The notes under the pieces were generated by a model. The model did not search any database. It was not told the origin of the DNA and was given only the letters and a program-made list of their open reading frames with translations. A program made the position numbers and the translations under genes. Positions 13,501 to 27,029 of a stretch of DNA of 64,000 nucleotides are shown here, piece after piece. Origin of the DNA: Camelus dromedarius (Eukaryota); NCBI RefSeq assembly GCF_036321535.1, contig NC_087436.1:30692001-30756000 (forward strand), in the 5' to 3' direction. The first letter of the stretch is position 1. The number at the start of each line of letters is the position of its first letter.

Positions 13501-16029
13501 TTTCTACATAAACATGCTCAAATGTCATCAAGTCAACTATGGGTCATTCACTTAATGTATTTTTATCATTTTCTCTTATCCTATCATTAAACTTTGAATA
13601 ACAGATGTAATTTGCAGTTAATGTAAACATTTTAAACTCTTATACTTAATATTTGATTGTTACTACTCACCTATCACAGTCTATTTTTATTTTGCCATTC
13701 CTAAAATATTGATTTTCAGGAACTTCCTCAAGAAGAACGAATAAATATTACCTGACCTCTGTATATCTGAGAGTGACTTTGAATTAGCTTGCAATGGAAG
13801 TTCCATGTGCTCATTCTAGATATCTTGAGCCCCAAGTTCTTCTCTCCATACTCTGTTGCTACTGTTCTGTTGTGCCTTGATATTTAATACTGTAGAAAAC
13901 TTTTGATTCTTTTGTAAATTAAAACTGTATATTTAAATGTTGTTAGGGTTCTTTATTGTTAAAATTAAGTATATTTCTCAGATTACATTTTAACATAAGG
14001 TAAATTTTTTGTATAATTGTTTTGCTTTTCTTTAAATTTTGCTATTTGGTTGTGTGCATATTAAATTAATATTTCAATTATATGTAATTCATTACATATT
14101 ATAGATTATAGATACATGCATATACATACATAATTTCTAGTTTAGAAAATTTTTGTCTATATCTTGATTTGCTATTTATGTTCTATTACTGTGATTTTCT
14201 GTTAATAGCTATTTCTATTACTTCTACCTTTTGTTTATTCACAACTCTAACCCTTTACTGGATATCTGTTCTTTGACCTTGTCTTTAGTGATCATTCTTC
14301 ATTTTATTTTCACTCTCTTGTATCCTGAATTATTTTCAAGTTTGTTCTCCAAGGCACTAATTATTTTGAAAGGGTTGACTCTGCTTGATATTATTTCAGA
14401 ATCAATTTTAATTATGAATTTAAATTTTGGGTTTCCTTTGGTCTCATTTCACCATAGTTACCTAGCTTTTTAAGTTCATCTCAGTATATTATTTCCTTAT
14501 GTCTTTATTTTCTTTATCTATAGAAGTTATAATATTTTGCCTATTTTTAATATTCAACTTACCTCTTTAAATTTCCTTAACTGCCTTACTAAAGCAGCAT
14601 ATTCAAAATTTGAAGTGAGTACATGTTTTTTCTTAAAACATACTAAATGTGACAGCCGAAGGTAAATCTTATCAACAATTTGGTAGACCACCTGTTCCTC
14701 CCGAAAGTATTCCTCTCTGTCACCACCTTCTTCACCGACTATTCCTCAAAGCACACCAAGAAAAATAGAGGGGAGTGGCTATTCATGACATTCAGGTCCG
14801 TACTCCCCAATTCCCATGATTACTACAACGTTACATGTCAATCAGCTTTATACTTTCTGCAGATCTGGGTAGCTGTTACTCCAAATTGTTCCTTATCATT
14901 CCCTCTTCCATTTTTAAAGCATTTCTTAATATTTCACTGCCAAATGAAATCAAACATCTTAGAACTAATGTCTTCGATGGCACGATTTTTATTTTCCTTT
15001 TTGAATAACAAGAGCATGTTCCATGACACACATTTGGCAAGACATGATGCCTGAAGTGTAACAACCCTTCTCCCTGCCCACATAAATGTCACCTTTATCT
15101 TCCCAGATCTACTTCAGTTGAGCAGGTTGATATGTACAACCCATTGTTCACTTATGATGTTTGGTTATCAATCATACTTGATTGACATGCAAGGCTCTTT
15201 CAAGTATCTCCTGCTTTAACTATATGGTTAGCCTGCTAACCTAGAAAGATTAATTATAATTTTCAAATAAAATATTGTTGCACACAAAAGATTACCAGTC
15301 CCACTGTTCACTGCCTCTCATGCTATTCTGTATTCATCATTCCTTAGTAAATAGCTCATCACTGAATAACCCTGAATGTTCTGGAATTTCAAGGATGTGG
15401 CTATAATCTTGCTTTTTTTAGATGATGGTAGCAAGAACTATATTGTTGGGCTTCTATAAAAGGAAGGGTGAATAAATTAATGTGCAAATTTGGTCCTACC
15501 TGGTTCAGGAGATAGTATCCTTTTTTAAAATGCAACTTAACAACTGAAGCCAAATTGAGTACAATATTCCTACATTATTTTGGTGTAATATAAGAATGTT
15601 TTAAAATTGTCCTTTTCATCATCTTTTAATTTTCTCAATTAATTCTTGAAGTTTATTTTTAAATGGGATGCATTATGTAGGTTAAAAAGAAAAAAAAAAA
15701 AAAAAGACCTTGAAGCAAAGACGTCTGTGCTGCTTTCTTCTTACAGATGAGCCTGTAGCAGTCCTTTCAGATTTCAATATAGATGCTCCATGGCATCTAT
15801 AGGAACGTGGTAGTATCATATTTTAAATAAAATATACAAGTGTCTTCTTGGAATTTTATTTCTTATCTTAGTCTTCTCCGTCCCCTACTCATAAAATTTA
15901 CTCAAGCAACTGGTATTTCTTGGCTAACTGCCCAAAAGAAAGAATTTAGCAATTGCAAAAGCAAATAGCCTGTAAATATCATCCTGGTTTTTGTGTTTAA
16001 AATGTCTTGCTCTCAGGAAAATGATTAAT

Positions 16030-16400
16030 TTATTAATTAAGACGTAAGTTCACTGCATGTAATAGAGACTCAACTTAAAAAGAGATCAACTAAAGTAGAA
16101 ACCTACTTTCTCCCAAGTCCAGGCTCATATAGTATGCTGTTCTGCTTTTCAAAAGCATCAGGGTTCAAAATTCTTCTACCGTCTTGTATGTCTTTATTTA
16201 TGACTCCTGAGACAGATGACCATCTCAGCTGTCAATGTAAGAAGGAGAAAAGGTAAAGGAGAAGGAATCAGCAATTTACTTTAAGGCAAAACAAGGAGGT
16301 TGAACACATTACTTTTTCTCATGTTTCACTGGAACAAAAAATTTAGTATGCTTGACCAAATTTTGTAAGTGCGAAATTGTCAGTAATAAAATATTTTAGG
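16030..16400 (-). mobile_element. Ancient MaLR LTR (late-letter MLT1-like), degenerate
   Basis: ctgcatgtaatagagactc ... gttgaacacattactttttctcatgtttcactgg pattern, similar to the copy at 34393. Confidence 0.4.
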
Positions 16401-17499
16401 GAGAAAAATTGTCATTTTTCAGGAAAACGTCTTGATAAGGAGCTTCAAGCAGAAAGAAACTGGCTTGTGAGGATGGAGTAGGAGGAGAGAAGACTCCAAA
16501 GAAATAACTACATTGATGGGCATTACCACAGAAAAGGGATTTGGGATGAGGAGAACAGGAAAGCTGAGAGGCAGTCAATAAGCCACATTAAAACAAAACA
16601 AAACAAAACATGTTTTTAACACAAGAATATCAAATATTCAACATTGAATTGCTTGTGATCCTATTATAACTCATTGCTTCTAACTCCTTTAAAATTTTGA
16701 ACAATCTCACAAAAGTCTCACATGTTTAAACTTTTGGGGGGAATTCAAAGACAGGAGCTGACACCACATTGAGGCTGACACTGTAGATAAAGCAACAGCT
16801 GCCAGATGGATGTGTGGAGACAAGAATGCAGAAACAGCAAGAAGTAACTGAAAAAGCAGGACAGTTTGAGGAATTTGTAGAATTTATAGGAAGGACTTTA
16901 GGCTTCTCTATAGAAAAGAGCATGGAATAGGAATTCAAGTCTATCTTAACCTAGATCTTACCAGGTGGATAAGCCCAGCTGATACATGATGTAAGCAATC
17001 TTATGAGACTTTCAGGGAGGGGAGGGGCACAGTACATGTGTTGGCAAGCAGCATAAGTGTGGAAGAAAAAGGAGTTATTTCATTCCAGTTTATCAGAAAT
17101 TAACAGAATACCACAATTTGTATTTACTTCAGTAACCCGTGAAACCAGCAGATTATATAAGAGAAAACAGACTTTCAGAGCTGTTTTGCATTAAGGAGGA
17201 TTTCACAGCAGAGCTCAGAGCAGGATTCCAGGCCTTGCCTGGCTTCAGTGTCCTTTCCACAGTATTACATCTCTTCAGATCCTAAAGCCCTCTTAGGTGT
17301 TTGGATTTCTTAACCAACACTTAGTTGTCTGTCTTTAAATTTTCTTTCCTCAAAATTGCCTATCCTCAAATTTTTAATGTCAAGTCGCTAATCAATTATT
17401 AATTAATAAATATACTATTGACTTTATTGTTCTTAAAAACAATAAATTATCCACATTTACTAAACATAAATTATATACACATACACACTCAGATAATCA

Positions 17500-17640
17500 T
17501 CCCTCATTCATTCACTCATTCTTTAATTCAATGTATTGAGAAATATATACTGGACATCAATTATATGTCTAAGCACCATTCCAGGTGCCACAAAAAACAA
17601 GAGTGAACAAAACAAACATACTCTTTATGGATGGTACATT
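17500..17640 (-). mobile_element. L2 3' end
   Basis: cattcattcactcattc...aaatatatactggacatcaattatatgtctaagcaccattccaggtg is a reversed L2 tail. Confidence 0.7.
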
Positions 17641-17719
17641 TCTTTTGGGAACATCAAGCCATTAAGCCATTTTTCAGATATTACTATTTATTTGCTGGAA
17701 TCTTCTCAATACTATTGGC

Positions 17720-17950
17720 ATAGCATCTGACATCTATTTAACACCTACCAGGTGTCACGGATTACCTTTAGCGCTTCAATTCCCTAATCTGCTCTTCACA
17801 CTAACCTTTTGATACTGGTCTTTTTCTCAGCTTTATAAATGAGGGAATTGGGAGAGAGAGAAGACTGAAATAACTGGCTCAAGGCTGCATGGCAAATAAG
17901 TAGCAAAGCCTGGAATAAAATCCAGAGAACCAGGTTCCAGCACATGCTCA
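17720..17950 (-). mobile_element. MIR SINE
   Basis: Reversed core ttataaatgagggaattggg...aaataactggctcaaggctgcatggcaaataagtagcaaagcctggaat. Confidence 0.65.
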
Positions 17951-20293
17951 TAACCTCTGCATGTGACCTCTGTTCACCACCCTTGCAGAGATAAGAATGG
18001 AGGAATATCAGTATACTTCCTAATAGAACATTTCTTAAAGCATGCAAAATGAGATCTGAATTTACTCTTAAAAAATACTTTTTATTTCTGTGTATATACA
18101 TATTTAATACCTGCCATTTATACACATATATGTTTATAAGACAAAATCATTAATAAAACAGAATGTGAGGGAAAGTGATCATTCAGTACTCACAGACATA
18201 AGCAGAAGTGATGACAGAAAAAGAAAGGAAAACACTCCTCTTTATTGCCAGTGAGTGCATTACTGCCTGCTTTATTGCAAAACGAATAGCCAGAGAACAC
18301 TCAACCAGATAAGGCTAAAAGCACACACATTTCCATTCTTTTTAAAATGAAATATTCAGCAGCGAGAGGAAATAAGTGGCCATGAAAAGGGGGTTGTGGA
18401 CATAAAACCAGAAGGCAGATTCTATCAGAGCATTTCAAAGAACTGAAAAGGGATCTCACCTCCAGGCCTGCCAGTGGCAATGAAGCTGGAAGGGAGAGCT
18501 CCAGTAATCAATCTCAGTACAGCTGCAAACAGAAGAGCAACCAGAATTATATTTTTTCATAGGCTGGATTGCAAGGGAAAAAGAAATTAGATGAATGCGT
18601 CATTAATGGCCTCCATGTGCACCTGGTAATTCATTGTCCAGATGATAAATTTGGCAAGATAGAAAATAAAATTATTACACTTTAAAGCTGATTTTTACCT
18701 ACATTGGCTATAGATGTCTACAATTTTAAACAATGCACTTAAATTTATTTATAGTCTCCCTATTTGGAATGAATGGATATTAAAAAATATCTTGCACAGG
18801 AGTTTCCCAAAAATTCTGAAATAATGGATGAATGGAAATAAGGAAGATACATCTTTTTCATCAGATATACCAGAGAACTACAGGTATAACTTTCAGTATT
18901 AAATCCTAAAAATAAAATGAATTTTAATGTATTTAGAGCATATACTTTTTATTGCTATTTGATAAAATTAGAATGAATATGATGTGAATGTCTGTCTGTG
19001 TGGATTTCCTATGAAAAAATGCAGCAGATAAGCACAATGTGAACTTAGTCTCATGGGAATCCTGCGCATCAGAAGGTAAGAAATGTTTCCCAAATCCTCA
19101 ATATCCCTCCAGAGTTTGCCCATTCAAGTTTTAGTCAGAATTAAGTTAGAAACAAACCTCTCAATATAGATCCCCATTTTGTTTCCTTCAATTTCCTGTA
19201 CAGGAGTCATAGATTAGCTGATTAAAATGTGTGCACCTCACTATAACTCTTCATTCCTGTTCCAAAACCTCAAAGAAGAGGTTTTTGCCTCCTCCTTGCC
19301 TACCTTTTTTCACTCTGCTCTTACTTCTCAGGACTTGTGGTCCCTCAAATCCAAGGTAAAAACTGGGGGCAGAGAACACGTACTTCCATTCTCTCAGGCT
19401 TCTCTCTCTCAGAAACATTATGTTCACCTTGTCTCCTCCCCCACAGATATTTCAATATGTCTCAAATAAGGGACAGACAAAAGTATACGTAACTGAATAG
19501 AATGCACCACTAACAGTATTTATACTTTTCTTTATCAAAAACTTCTCTCTTTTCATTAATGATTTCTGGGTAAGCTCTGCACTAGTGATGATTCTCATCT
19601 CCCCCAAAGTCACAAAGGCATGTGTGCCTGGGCTGAGTGGAGAAATACGACCTATCAACCCCAACAATTTTTCTCTAAACCAGCTCATCAAAACCTTTCA
19701 GAGTTTTCTTTCCTCCCCTCTCTCTAAAAGATAGAAGCCAATCAGTGTTGGTGGTCATGGATCAGGTAGCAATTGACTGATTACTTAGTTTCAACTGCCC
19801 ATAATGAATAAAAGTTAAAAGAAAACTATTTATCCTTTCCATGCTCTTTGAGAACACATTGAAGTAAATCAACCCCAGGTTTGAAAATCAAAATGAATCA
19901 AGAAAGACAACAAATTTAAGAAGCTGTGAGAAAGAGCTATGGAATGAAATATAAAACCTAACCTCAGGTATCTATACTTTGAGAAAATTCAATTTATAAA
20001 TTAAACCTTGATTTAGGCTGCTTCTAAGGGTTAAAATGAAAAATTAAATCAATTATCCATATCAATTCTAACTTTGAAGGATTTTAATGTTTCTTTACAG
20101 ATTTAGTTTAGATATTGATTGCATTAATTGGAAAATTGCTCAACTGTCAGATTTCTTCAACATTTATAACAATCTAAAAGGATATGAATAATTTAGTATA
20201 GCTTATAGTTTCACCATAAAAAAAAAAAGATTATTTAAAGCATCCTTGTTTATCTGCTCCAAAAAAATGATATGAGATTTAAATAAGGCACAA

Positions 20294-20436
20294 GTCGGGA
20301 GAGTATAGCTCAGCAGCAGATCGCATGCTTAGCACGCATGAGGCCCTGGGTTCAATTCCCGGTACCTCCATTAAAAATAATAAATAAATACACTGTTTAC
20401 CTTCCCACCAAAAAAAAAAAGTTTAAAAAAATTAAC
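20294..20436 (+). mobile_element. tRNA-derived SINE resembling camelid Vic-1
   Basis: A box (tagctcagcag), B box (ggttcaattcc), tRNA-like head, AATA-rich tail and A-run. Perfect 14-bp TSD taaataaggcacaa at 20280-20293 and 20437-20450. Confidence 0.9.
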
Positions 20437-20559
20437 TAAATAAGGCACAATAAGTCTGTAAACTATATACAAAATATCTGATGATCTAATTTCAAAAAAG
20501 GCAATGGAACTTGGGCCCACCCTCCTTCCCCCTTATTCTGGTGGGTAGAAAGCACAGAA

Positions 20560-20760
20560 TACTGGTTCACAGCATGGGGATGTATTTTAAGTTAGCCTGG
20601 CTTTGTCACTTCAAAGCTTACAGAGACTCAAAACCTCAGTTTCCTCCTAAGTAAAATAGGTCAAAGCTTATCATGAATTCTTTTTGAGACTTAAATGAGA
20701 AGATACCTATAGAGTGGTAAGGATGGCATCCTTGTTAGGTGCTCATCAACTAAATGATTA
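20560..20760 (+). mobile_element. MIR SINE
   Basis: cctcagtttcctcctaagtaaaatagg core. Confidence 0.6.
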
Positions 20761-20896
20761 AATAGCTATAAAACATACAAAAAATAAATACAACAACTGA
20801 ACAAAAGATCAAGAGTGAATGAAAGGAAATAAAATACCCTCAACTACAAAATACATTTTATCTTTATCATCTGAGCCCAAGAGAATATATGCATGT

Positions 20897-20922
20897 TGTG
20901 TGTGTGTGTGTGTGTGTGTGTG
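20897..20922. repeat. (TG)n microsatellite
   Basis: Direct read. Confidence 0.95.
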
Positions 20923-22119
20923 TTCTTCATAACATAAAACTATCAATCCACCAACATGTTTCTATATTTGGATGTAGGCATGCTTTGGTTTGCTTATAGC
21001 AAAACATTTTCTATGTAAATTAACTGCTCCTTCTGAAGCTGAATTCTTGTCAAATGTATAATACATACAAAACAGCTAGAATTCAGCCATTAATAGTATA
21101 TTATCTCACAGGTCCGACCTTCATTAAGAACAATACAGAACAGCATTAAAATGTGTGAAAAGTAATTTAAATTATGACTTTTTCGATGGAATAATAAGAC
21201 TTTGTCATATGCATAACAAGTACAGACTTAGTAACAACAACAAAGTAACATTCACTTCTAACTCATGCCACAGATAACAGCAAAAGATTTCTTTCAGTAG
21301 CATTTAGAGTTTAGGAAGTTGAGGGAAGGGAAGAGTAGGAAGAAAGATTTGGAAAACTTACATACTTTCATTTTAGAATGATAGTTTTTAAGAGATAAAA
21401 TTGTAGTCTTTATCTTTTCTACTTATGTTGTTCCTAGAGCAAGCCTTTCTAGCTTTCTAATTTGGATCTCTATTTCTGGTGTTAATATTAAAAAGATCAC
21501 CCACATTTTGATACATTACAACGATGTACTTCTCAATGTACAAAGTCACTTGACACTGACACCAAGTAACATATTTTAGGATTTAAATTGTAGCTTAGAT
21601 TTATCATTAAGCATCTGCTGCATGAGATGAAACATTGCTTTCTATACCATTTCACCAATATGTCTAGACACTCTCAGGAATGTTTAGAAGTATTGGAGGA
21701 AGGAGCTCTAATACTTTTTGAAGAGTTTAGGGATTCAAAAATATGGTATGGAATACAGCATTCAAATAAATCGGAGTTAATTCTTCTTTGCTGGGAGACT
21801 GCAGCTCATGTGTTTTCTTAGAGAAAACTGCATTACCTATATACTTTGTTCTTCCAACTGAGGTTTTTGGTCTATATTTCTGCTATTGAACAAACACTTA
21901 AAGGACAGAGACACTTACGTGTACAACAGTCCTCTGTGGCTTCTGGGCTGTCTTCCCAGCAAAGATTCTGCTTTCTTACAGCCCCTCCTGATGCCAGGAG
22001 TTAGAATGTGAACAGGTCAAAGTTAGTAGCTGTCCCTCAAAATTGTTCTATTGAAGCAAGCAGAAAATACTATCTGTACTCTCTGGCCCTGTGATCCTGT
22101 GGATAGGATACCAATTCAT

Positions 22120-22230
22120 ATGCTTCTGTCTATTCAACAAATACTGCTGGAGTACACGCAATGAACCAGGCACCATTCTGGATTCTGAGGACTGAGCAAT
22201 TAACATTGCAGCCTTCACAGAGCTCCTAAC
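22120..22230 (-). mobile_element. L2 3' end
   Basis: tattcaacaaatactgctggagtac...ccaggcaccattctggattctgagga. Confidence 0.7.
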
Positions 22231-25218
22231 CTCAGCCATGAAAGAAAGATGATAAAATGAAACTGGTTCCAAGAAAGAAATACTTTATTTGATTTTTGTG
22301 ACCTACACTGTTAAGTCTTCTAAAATTTGTATCCCATCTCCAAACTTGTTTGTCACATATCTCCTTTCAACTAGTTTGCACTGTAGTCTTGTATTTGTAG
22401 CCAAAAGTTTCCAAAGGACAAACTGAAAAGTTCATTTCTGTTATAGGTAGCACAATATAAAATTACATGAATACTGACTCTTCCTCACTCTTTTATTCAC
22501 TTTCTCAATTATGTATCATAGGAAAATACACTACTTATGTTTCTTACTAAAATTAAAACACTGATTTAGTAGCCCATGCTTAATTATTAGGAGAACTTGA
22601 GAACTAAGCTAAATAAGCAATATTTGTTGGAAAGGATGACGGGTATAATCAGATTCTGGGTTTAATAAATCTGTAATCCAAAGGAAATTTTCTAAAATTG
22701 TAGAGATATATTTTCATAAAAGCAAGATAAGGTTTTGACTACATATTCAATACATTAAAAGGCAGAACAATAAACTCTACACATAGAGAAGACAGGTGAG
22801 GACGCATTCCATCCTTTCAACTGCTGGAAGCAAAATGAAGAGCAAGAGAAATCCTAAACATACGGAGTAGCCTGATTTGAGGATATGGTAAGAAACAGAA
22901 TTAGGAAACTTTGTTGTCCGGATTCTGCTACAAAATGAAGCTAGGTTAAAGTTTTGGTTTTATCTCTAGAAAACAGAAAACCACTGAAGCTTAACTGAAA
23001 CAGGAGGCATGAAAGAGTAGTAATATTTTAGGATAAATAAGTATCCAAGGGGGATTTTCTAAAACAAAGAAGTCTATAGCAGAGAAACTATCTAAGTAGT
23101 TAATTAAATAGAACTATGATGTAATAAAGAGAAAATAGAGAGACCAGAAGTACACAAGAAATAAATAGGATAAACAACCTAGCCTAACAACTATACTTAT
23201 TATCAGATACCAACAAAAAGGACATAAGAAAATTTCAACATTCAAATGGAACAAAATGATAAAAAAATAGAGATACATATTTATAATGATTTTTAAGTTG
23301 TATCAACCAAACGTATATACATTTCATGTAGGATTTTGTTTTCATCACAAATTTTGAAATCGAATTTACAGAAATCTTTCTTTTATCAAATAATTTAAAA
23401 TATTCCAATAAATAACAATTTAAAAAATCTCTTTGAGATCAAGAAGGTAGTACTTCATATAAAATGTGTCCACAATTCAATGACCTATTACATTTTGTTT
23501 CATGTCAACATAATTAAAGTATATGCTCTTTATCTTAAAAAGACATCCAATGTTATGTATGAGGTTAGTACTGAGCAGTTCAACATGTTGATTTATTTGC
23601 TGTACCTATTCCCTGATATTGCAGCATTCTTTTCAAAAATGATATTTAAAAATCTCAGGGAAGATTAATATAGTCTGAATAATGATGGCACACATGTAAA
23701 ACATTAACACTGCCCTTTACCCATCTTGTATATTTCACATTTATTTGTTTAAAATATGAGCAGTGCCACGTGGCTTCAAGCATCTGGCATACAGATGGAG
23801 AATTGTGGGTACCAAAATATCAGATCTATTTTGGTGGAGCAATGAATACTCCTGCATATGCTGTCTTTGGAAAAATAAGTTTGATAGTTTTTTCATGCAA
23901 AGTGCAAGAAAAAAACTAGTATGTTATTGTTTAACTTAGAAAAATGATGTGGATGCACTAATGGATGTCACAAAAGACAAAAATACTTGAATAATATGCA
24001 GTCATTTAAAATAAAAATTCAGGATTAAAATAGCACTTGATGCAAAATAAAGTGTTATCTTTACTTGGAAACAGGTGATGATATGTTTAAGAGCACAGGT
24101 TGAGGTATCAACTTTGACAAAGTAGACTAATGCTTGTTTCTTCTGGGAAGCTACATGTCCACACAGAGAAAAACGTAAGATACAAGATTATCTAGTAAGA
24201 TGCTTTCAAGAAGATATGAGTAAATAAATCAAACTTTTAGAACCAAAGTCATCAGGAATTTGATAGATATCAAAATAGAAATGTTGCAAAGAATCACTAT
24301 ATATTTTCTCTTTTCTAGACAAAGCAACCTCAAACCCTTCAAATTTATTTACCACTAAATTTCCTATCTCTTTATTTTTCATATTGCTGTTACCTTTTAG
24401 GATTTGAGCCTGTAGCTGATCCCTACTGCCACAGATTTGTTTTTGAATGTACTTGAGGTCCCCTACATTTTGTTGAAAGTAGAATATCAAATACTACACA
24501 CAAGAACTAGAACTCCAAAATCGGGAGAACTGAAGAGGTGGTCCGAGTGTCATGTAGTGATTGTGTGAACTACACATTTTTTGTAACCACATAGTATAAA
24601 GGTAAGCATTAAAAACAGAAAATACACACATGTGAAAACATATTATAATGCTAGAATATGGTTCTAGAGGAGCAAACTGTTTTGTTATCATGCTTTTAAC
24701 TGAGGTGACTTGTCCATAAAAATGCTGAATCAATAGGAAATTAATTGCTAAGAAAAAAAGGGCTAGTTGCCTTTGATGGATAACCCCATGGTTTTTTAAT
24801 CAAATTACTTGTTTTGAAAGATTTTCCATTAGAAGCTTTTTTTAGGTACATAATAGTTGAGACATATTTACTCAATCTTACCTACATCTAGACATTTTAT
24901 CTATAAAAAAGATACTGTAATCCCAAGAATTTTACTGAAAGTCATTTGAAAGTCAATCAAATGTAGATACTAAATGTTGAGCAATATGTAACTTTAGATT
25001 AATGCTAAATTTTGCATTCTAATTTTAGCATGTCAGTGTTTTACTTTTGCTCCTTTTACTATTCAAGCGTTTTCATGAATTAATTCACTCTTTTTTTGGC
25101 AAGAACAGTCAAATAAAATTGTTGTCTACTCAATGGTTCATTCTGAAAATTAAATCATGGTGTCTATTGTTCTTTTCTTGAGATACTGACCTCAGAAATC
25201 TCTATCCAACATTATAAT

Positions 25219-25246
<28 letters not shown>
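25219..25246. repeat. (AC)14 microsatellite
   Basis: Direct read. Confidence 0.95.
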
Positions 25247-25249
<3 letters not shown>

Positions 25250-26129
25250 AATGAAACACTTCTGCCTTCAAGTTACAATCTTAATTTTCCCTTCACTAGA
25301 TTCAACAGGACATCACTGGGATGAGAATAGGTATTTTTCACCTTTCTAAAAGAGAGAAGTTAAATTCCTTTGGAAGGATTTACTTGCATTTCATTCCCAA
25401 AAGCTCCCTAAACTCCAAGCAAAATTTCCAGTCTGTATTTTATTAAAGGAAAAGTGAATCATTTCCAGAGATTTTCAAAAGTGATTAGAAATAAAAAGAT
25501 CATTGTTTGTTTGATAAAGATGAAAACAATTTGTTGCAAGTGTTTACTCAAAATAAGAAAGACCATATAAAAGGTATTTGTCCAATATACTAGCAAAAAA
25601 GAGAACTCAAATAAGTGCAATTTGAGAACAATGTATGCTTCTAAACTATTTATATGACATATAAAGATTGATTAATGATCAATTATTGGCCAATTATAAC
25701 TACTGCCATCCTCAAAAATCAAACCAGTTTGTATTCCAGACATCCTTTGGTGATTTGTTTTGTTTTTTTTTGTTTGTTTGTTTTGTTGAGGGGCAGAAGT
25801 TGCTTGGTTATTCAGAATCACTCTATTCCTTTTATTTTTAGAGCTAAAGATTTAAGAAATGAATTATCCATTTAAGTAATTTTGAATACACAGTATTTTA
25901 TTTCCATGAATATAATAACTCTCTAAAAGCACAACAGGAAAAATAGAAGAATTCATGTGCAAAAATTTTAACTAGAATTTATACATATTAAACAATTCTA
26001 TATTGCTATAATAAACATTGCATAGTAGTCACAAATTGGGTATAGAAATGACAAAATCCACAAAACCTTGGGTTTGGAAATCATCACTGTATTGAGCAAA
26101 CTGCTCAGGTGTGATAATTATTTGCCCAT

Positions 26130-26626
26130 CTAATGTTTATATGATATTTACCTGAGTCAAACTAGCATATATTCCCCTTCTGATAATGATATTCTTTATT
26201 TTCTCTTAGGAATTGCATCTATGGGATTCTAGCGGAGTTGTCAGTCATGTGCCCTCAACACCCTTGAATGGTGGCCATGTTAATAGGCCAACCAATCCAA
26301 ATATACCACATTCCTGTACACAGCAACTGTTCAGGAGAAAATGCTAACCCACAACAGGGGCAATCTGTTTTCTTTCCTGATGTTGTTACCTGTAAAAATG
26401 ACATGAACATAGAATTGTTAAGCTATCCTGCCACACATGAAGAAAGCCTATCTTTTCTGAGATATAGATATACAGATACATGACAATCTTGTTGAAGCTC
26501 TTGGATCCAATAGTCTCTATGCCAGCATCATCACTGAGCTTTCAGCTGTGAGCTGTACACCTGGCACTGTAAACCAAATTGAACTGTATTTCATCACTTA
26601 CATGCAAGACAGTCCTGATCAATGCA
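26130..26626 (+). mobile_element. Old ERVL/MaLR-type solo LTR (LTR16/LTR33-like)
   Basis: 3' end aaccaaattgaactgtatttcatcacttacatgcaagacagtcctgatcaatgca resembles the shared ERVL/MLT1 LTR terminus; internal ggccaaccaatc. Confidence 0.55.
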
Positions 26627-26759
26627 TATTTCACAGGGCTCTTATAAAAAGAAGATGTGAGAAGTGTTTACCAGAGTACCTGAATGTAGTGAGCACTCAA
26701 TAAAGAGCATCAGTATTATAAATATGTGTTTTATTATTTTAGTCATATTAATGACCGTA

Positions 26760-26980
26760 AATGTGATCAATAGTACGGTTCTGGGAACCAGAACACAGAT
26801 TTAAACACAATCACTATAAAATTGATGGGGACTTTGGGCAAGTTACTTAACCACACTAAACTTCACTTTCTTCATTTAAAAAGGGGGAAGAAGTGGATAA
26901 TGATACTGTCTCTCATAAATTTAGAGAGATAAATAAATGTTCAACTACAAGGAAAAATTAGATAACAGCACTCAAGAAAT
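26760..26980 (+). mobile_element. MIR SINE
   Basis: actttgggcaagttacttaacc...cttcactttcttcatttaaaaagggg core. Confidence 0.75.
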
Positions 26981-27029
26981 AGGGTTATTCTTATTTTTCT
27001 TATATTTATTATTCAGAAACTGCAAAATT

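Noticed and set aside
13600..14600. Possible very old antisense L1 remnant (likewise 1620-2270)
   Set aside because: T-rich L1-like texture, but too degenerate for me to call without an HMM search.
15747..15810. Acceptor-like site followed by a 9-bp hairpin (tatagatgc/gcatctata, 15778-15801)
   Set aside because: No good donor, stops nearby, and stems of this size are expected by chance in 64 kb of AT-rich DNA.
19020..19081. Strong donor AAG|gtaaga
   Set aside because: No convincing upstream acceptor or promoter; isolated donor matches are common.
20296..20370. Possible tRNA gene
   Set aside because: Decayed stems, an AT-rich tail and an exact TSD show it is a SINE head.
24395..24462. Minus-strand coding exon reading DLKYIQKQICGSRDQLQAQILK
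   Set aside because: Weak, purine-interrupted acceptor and no recognisable protein.
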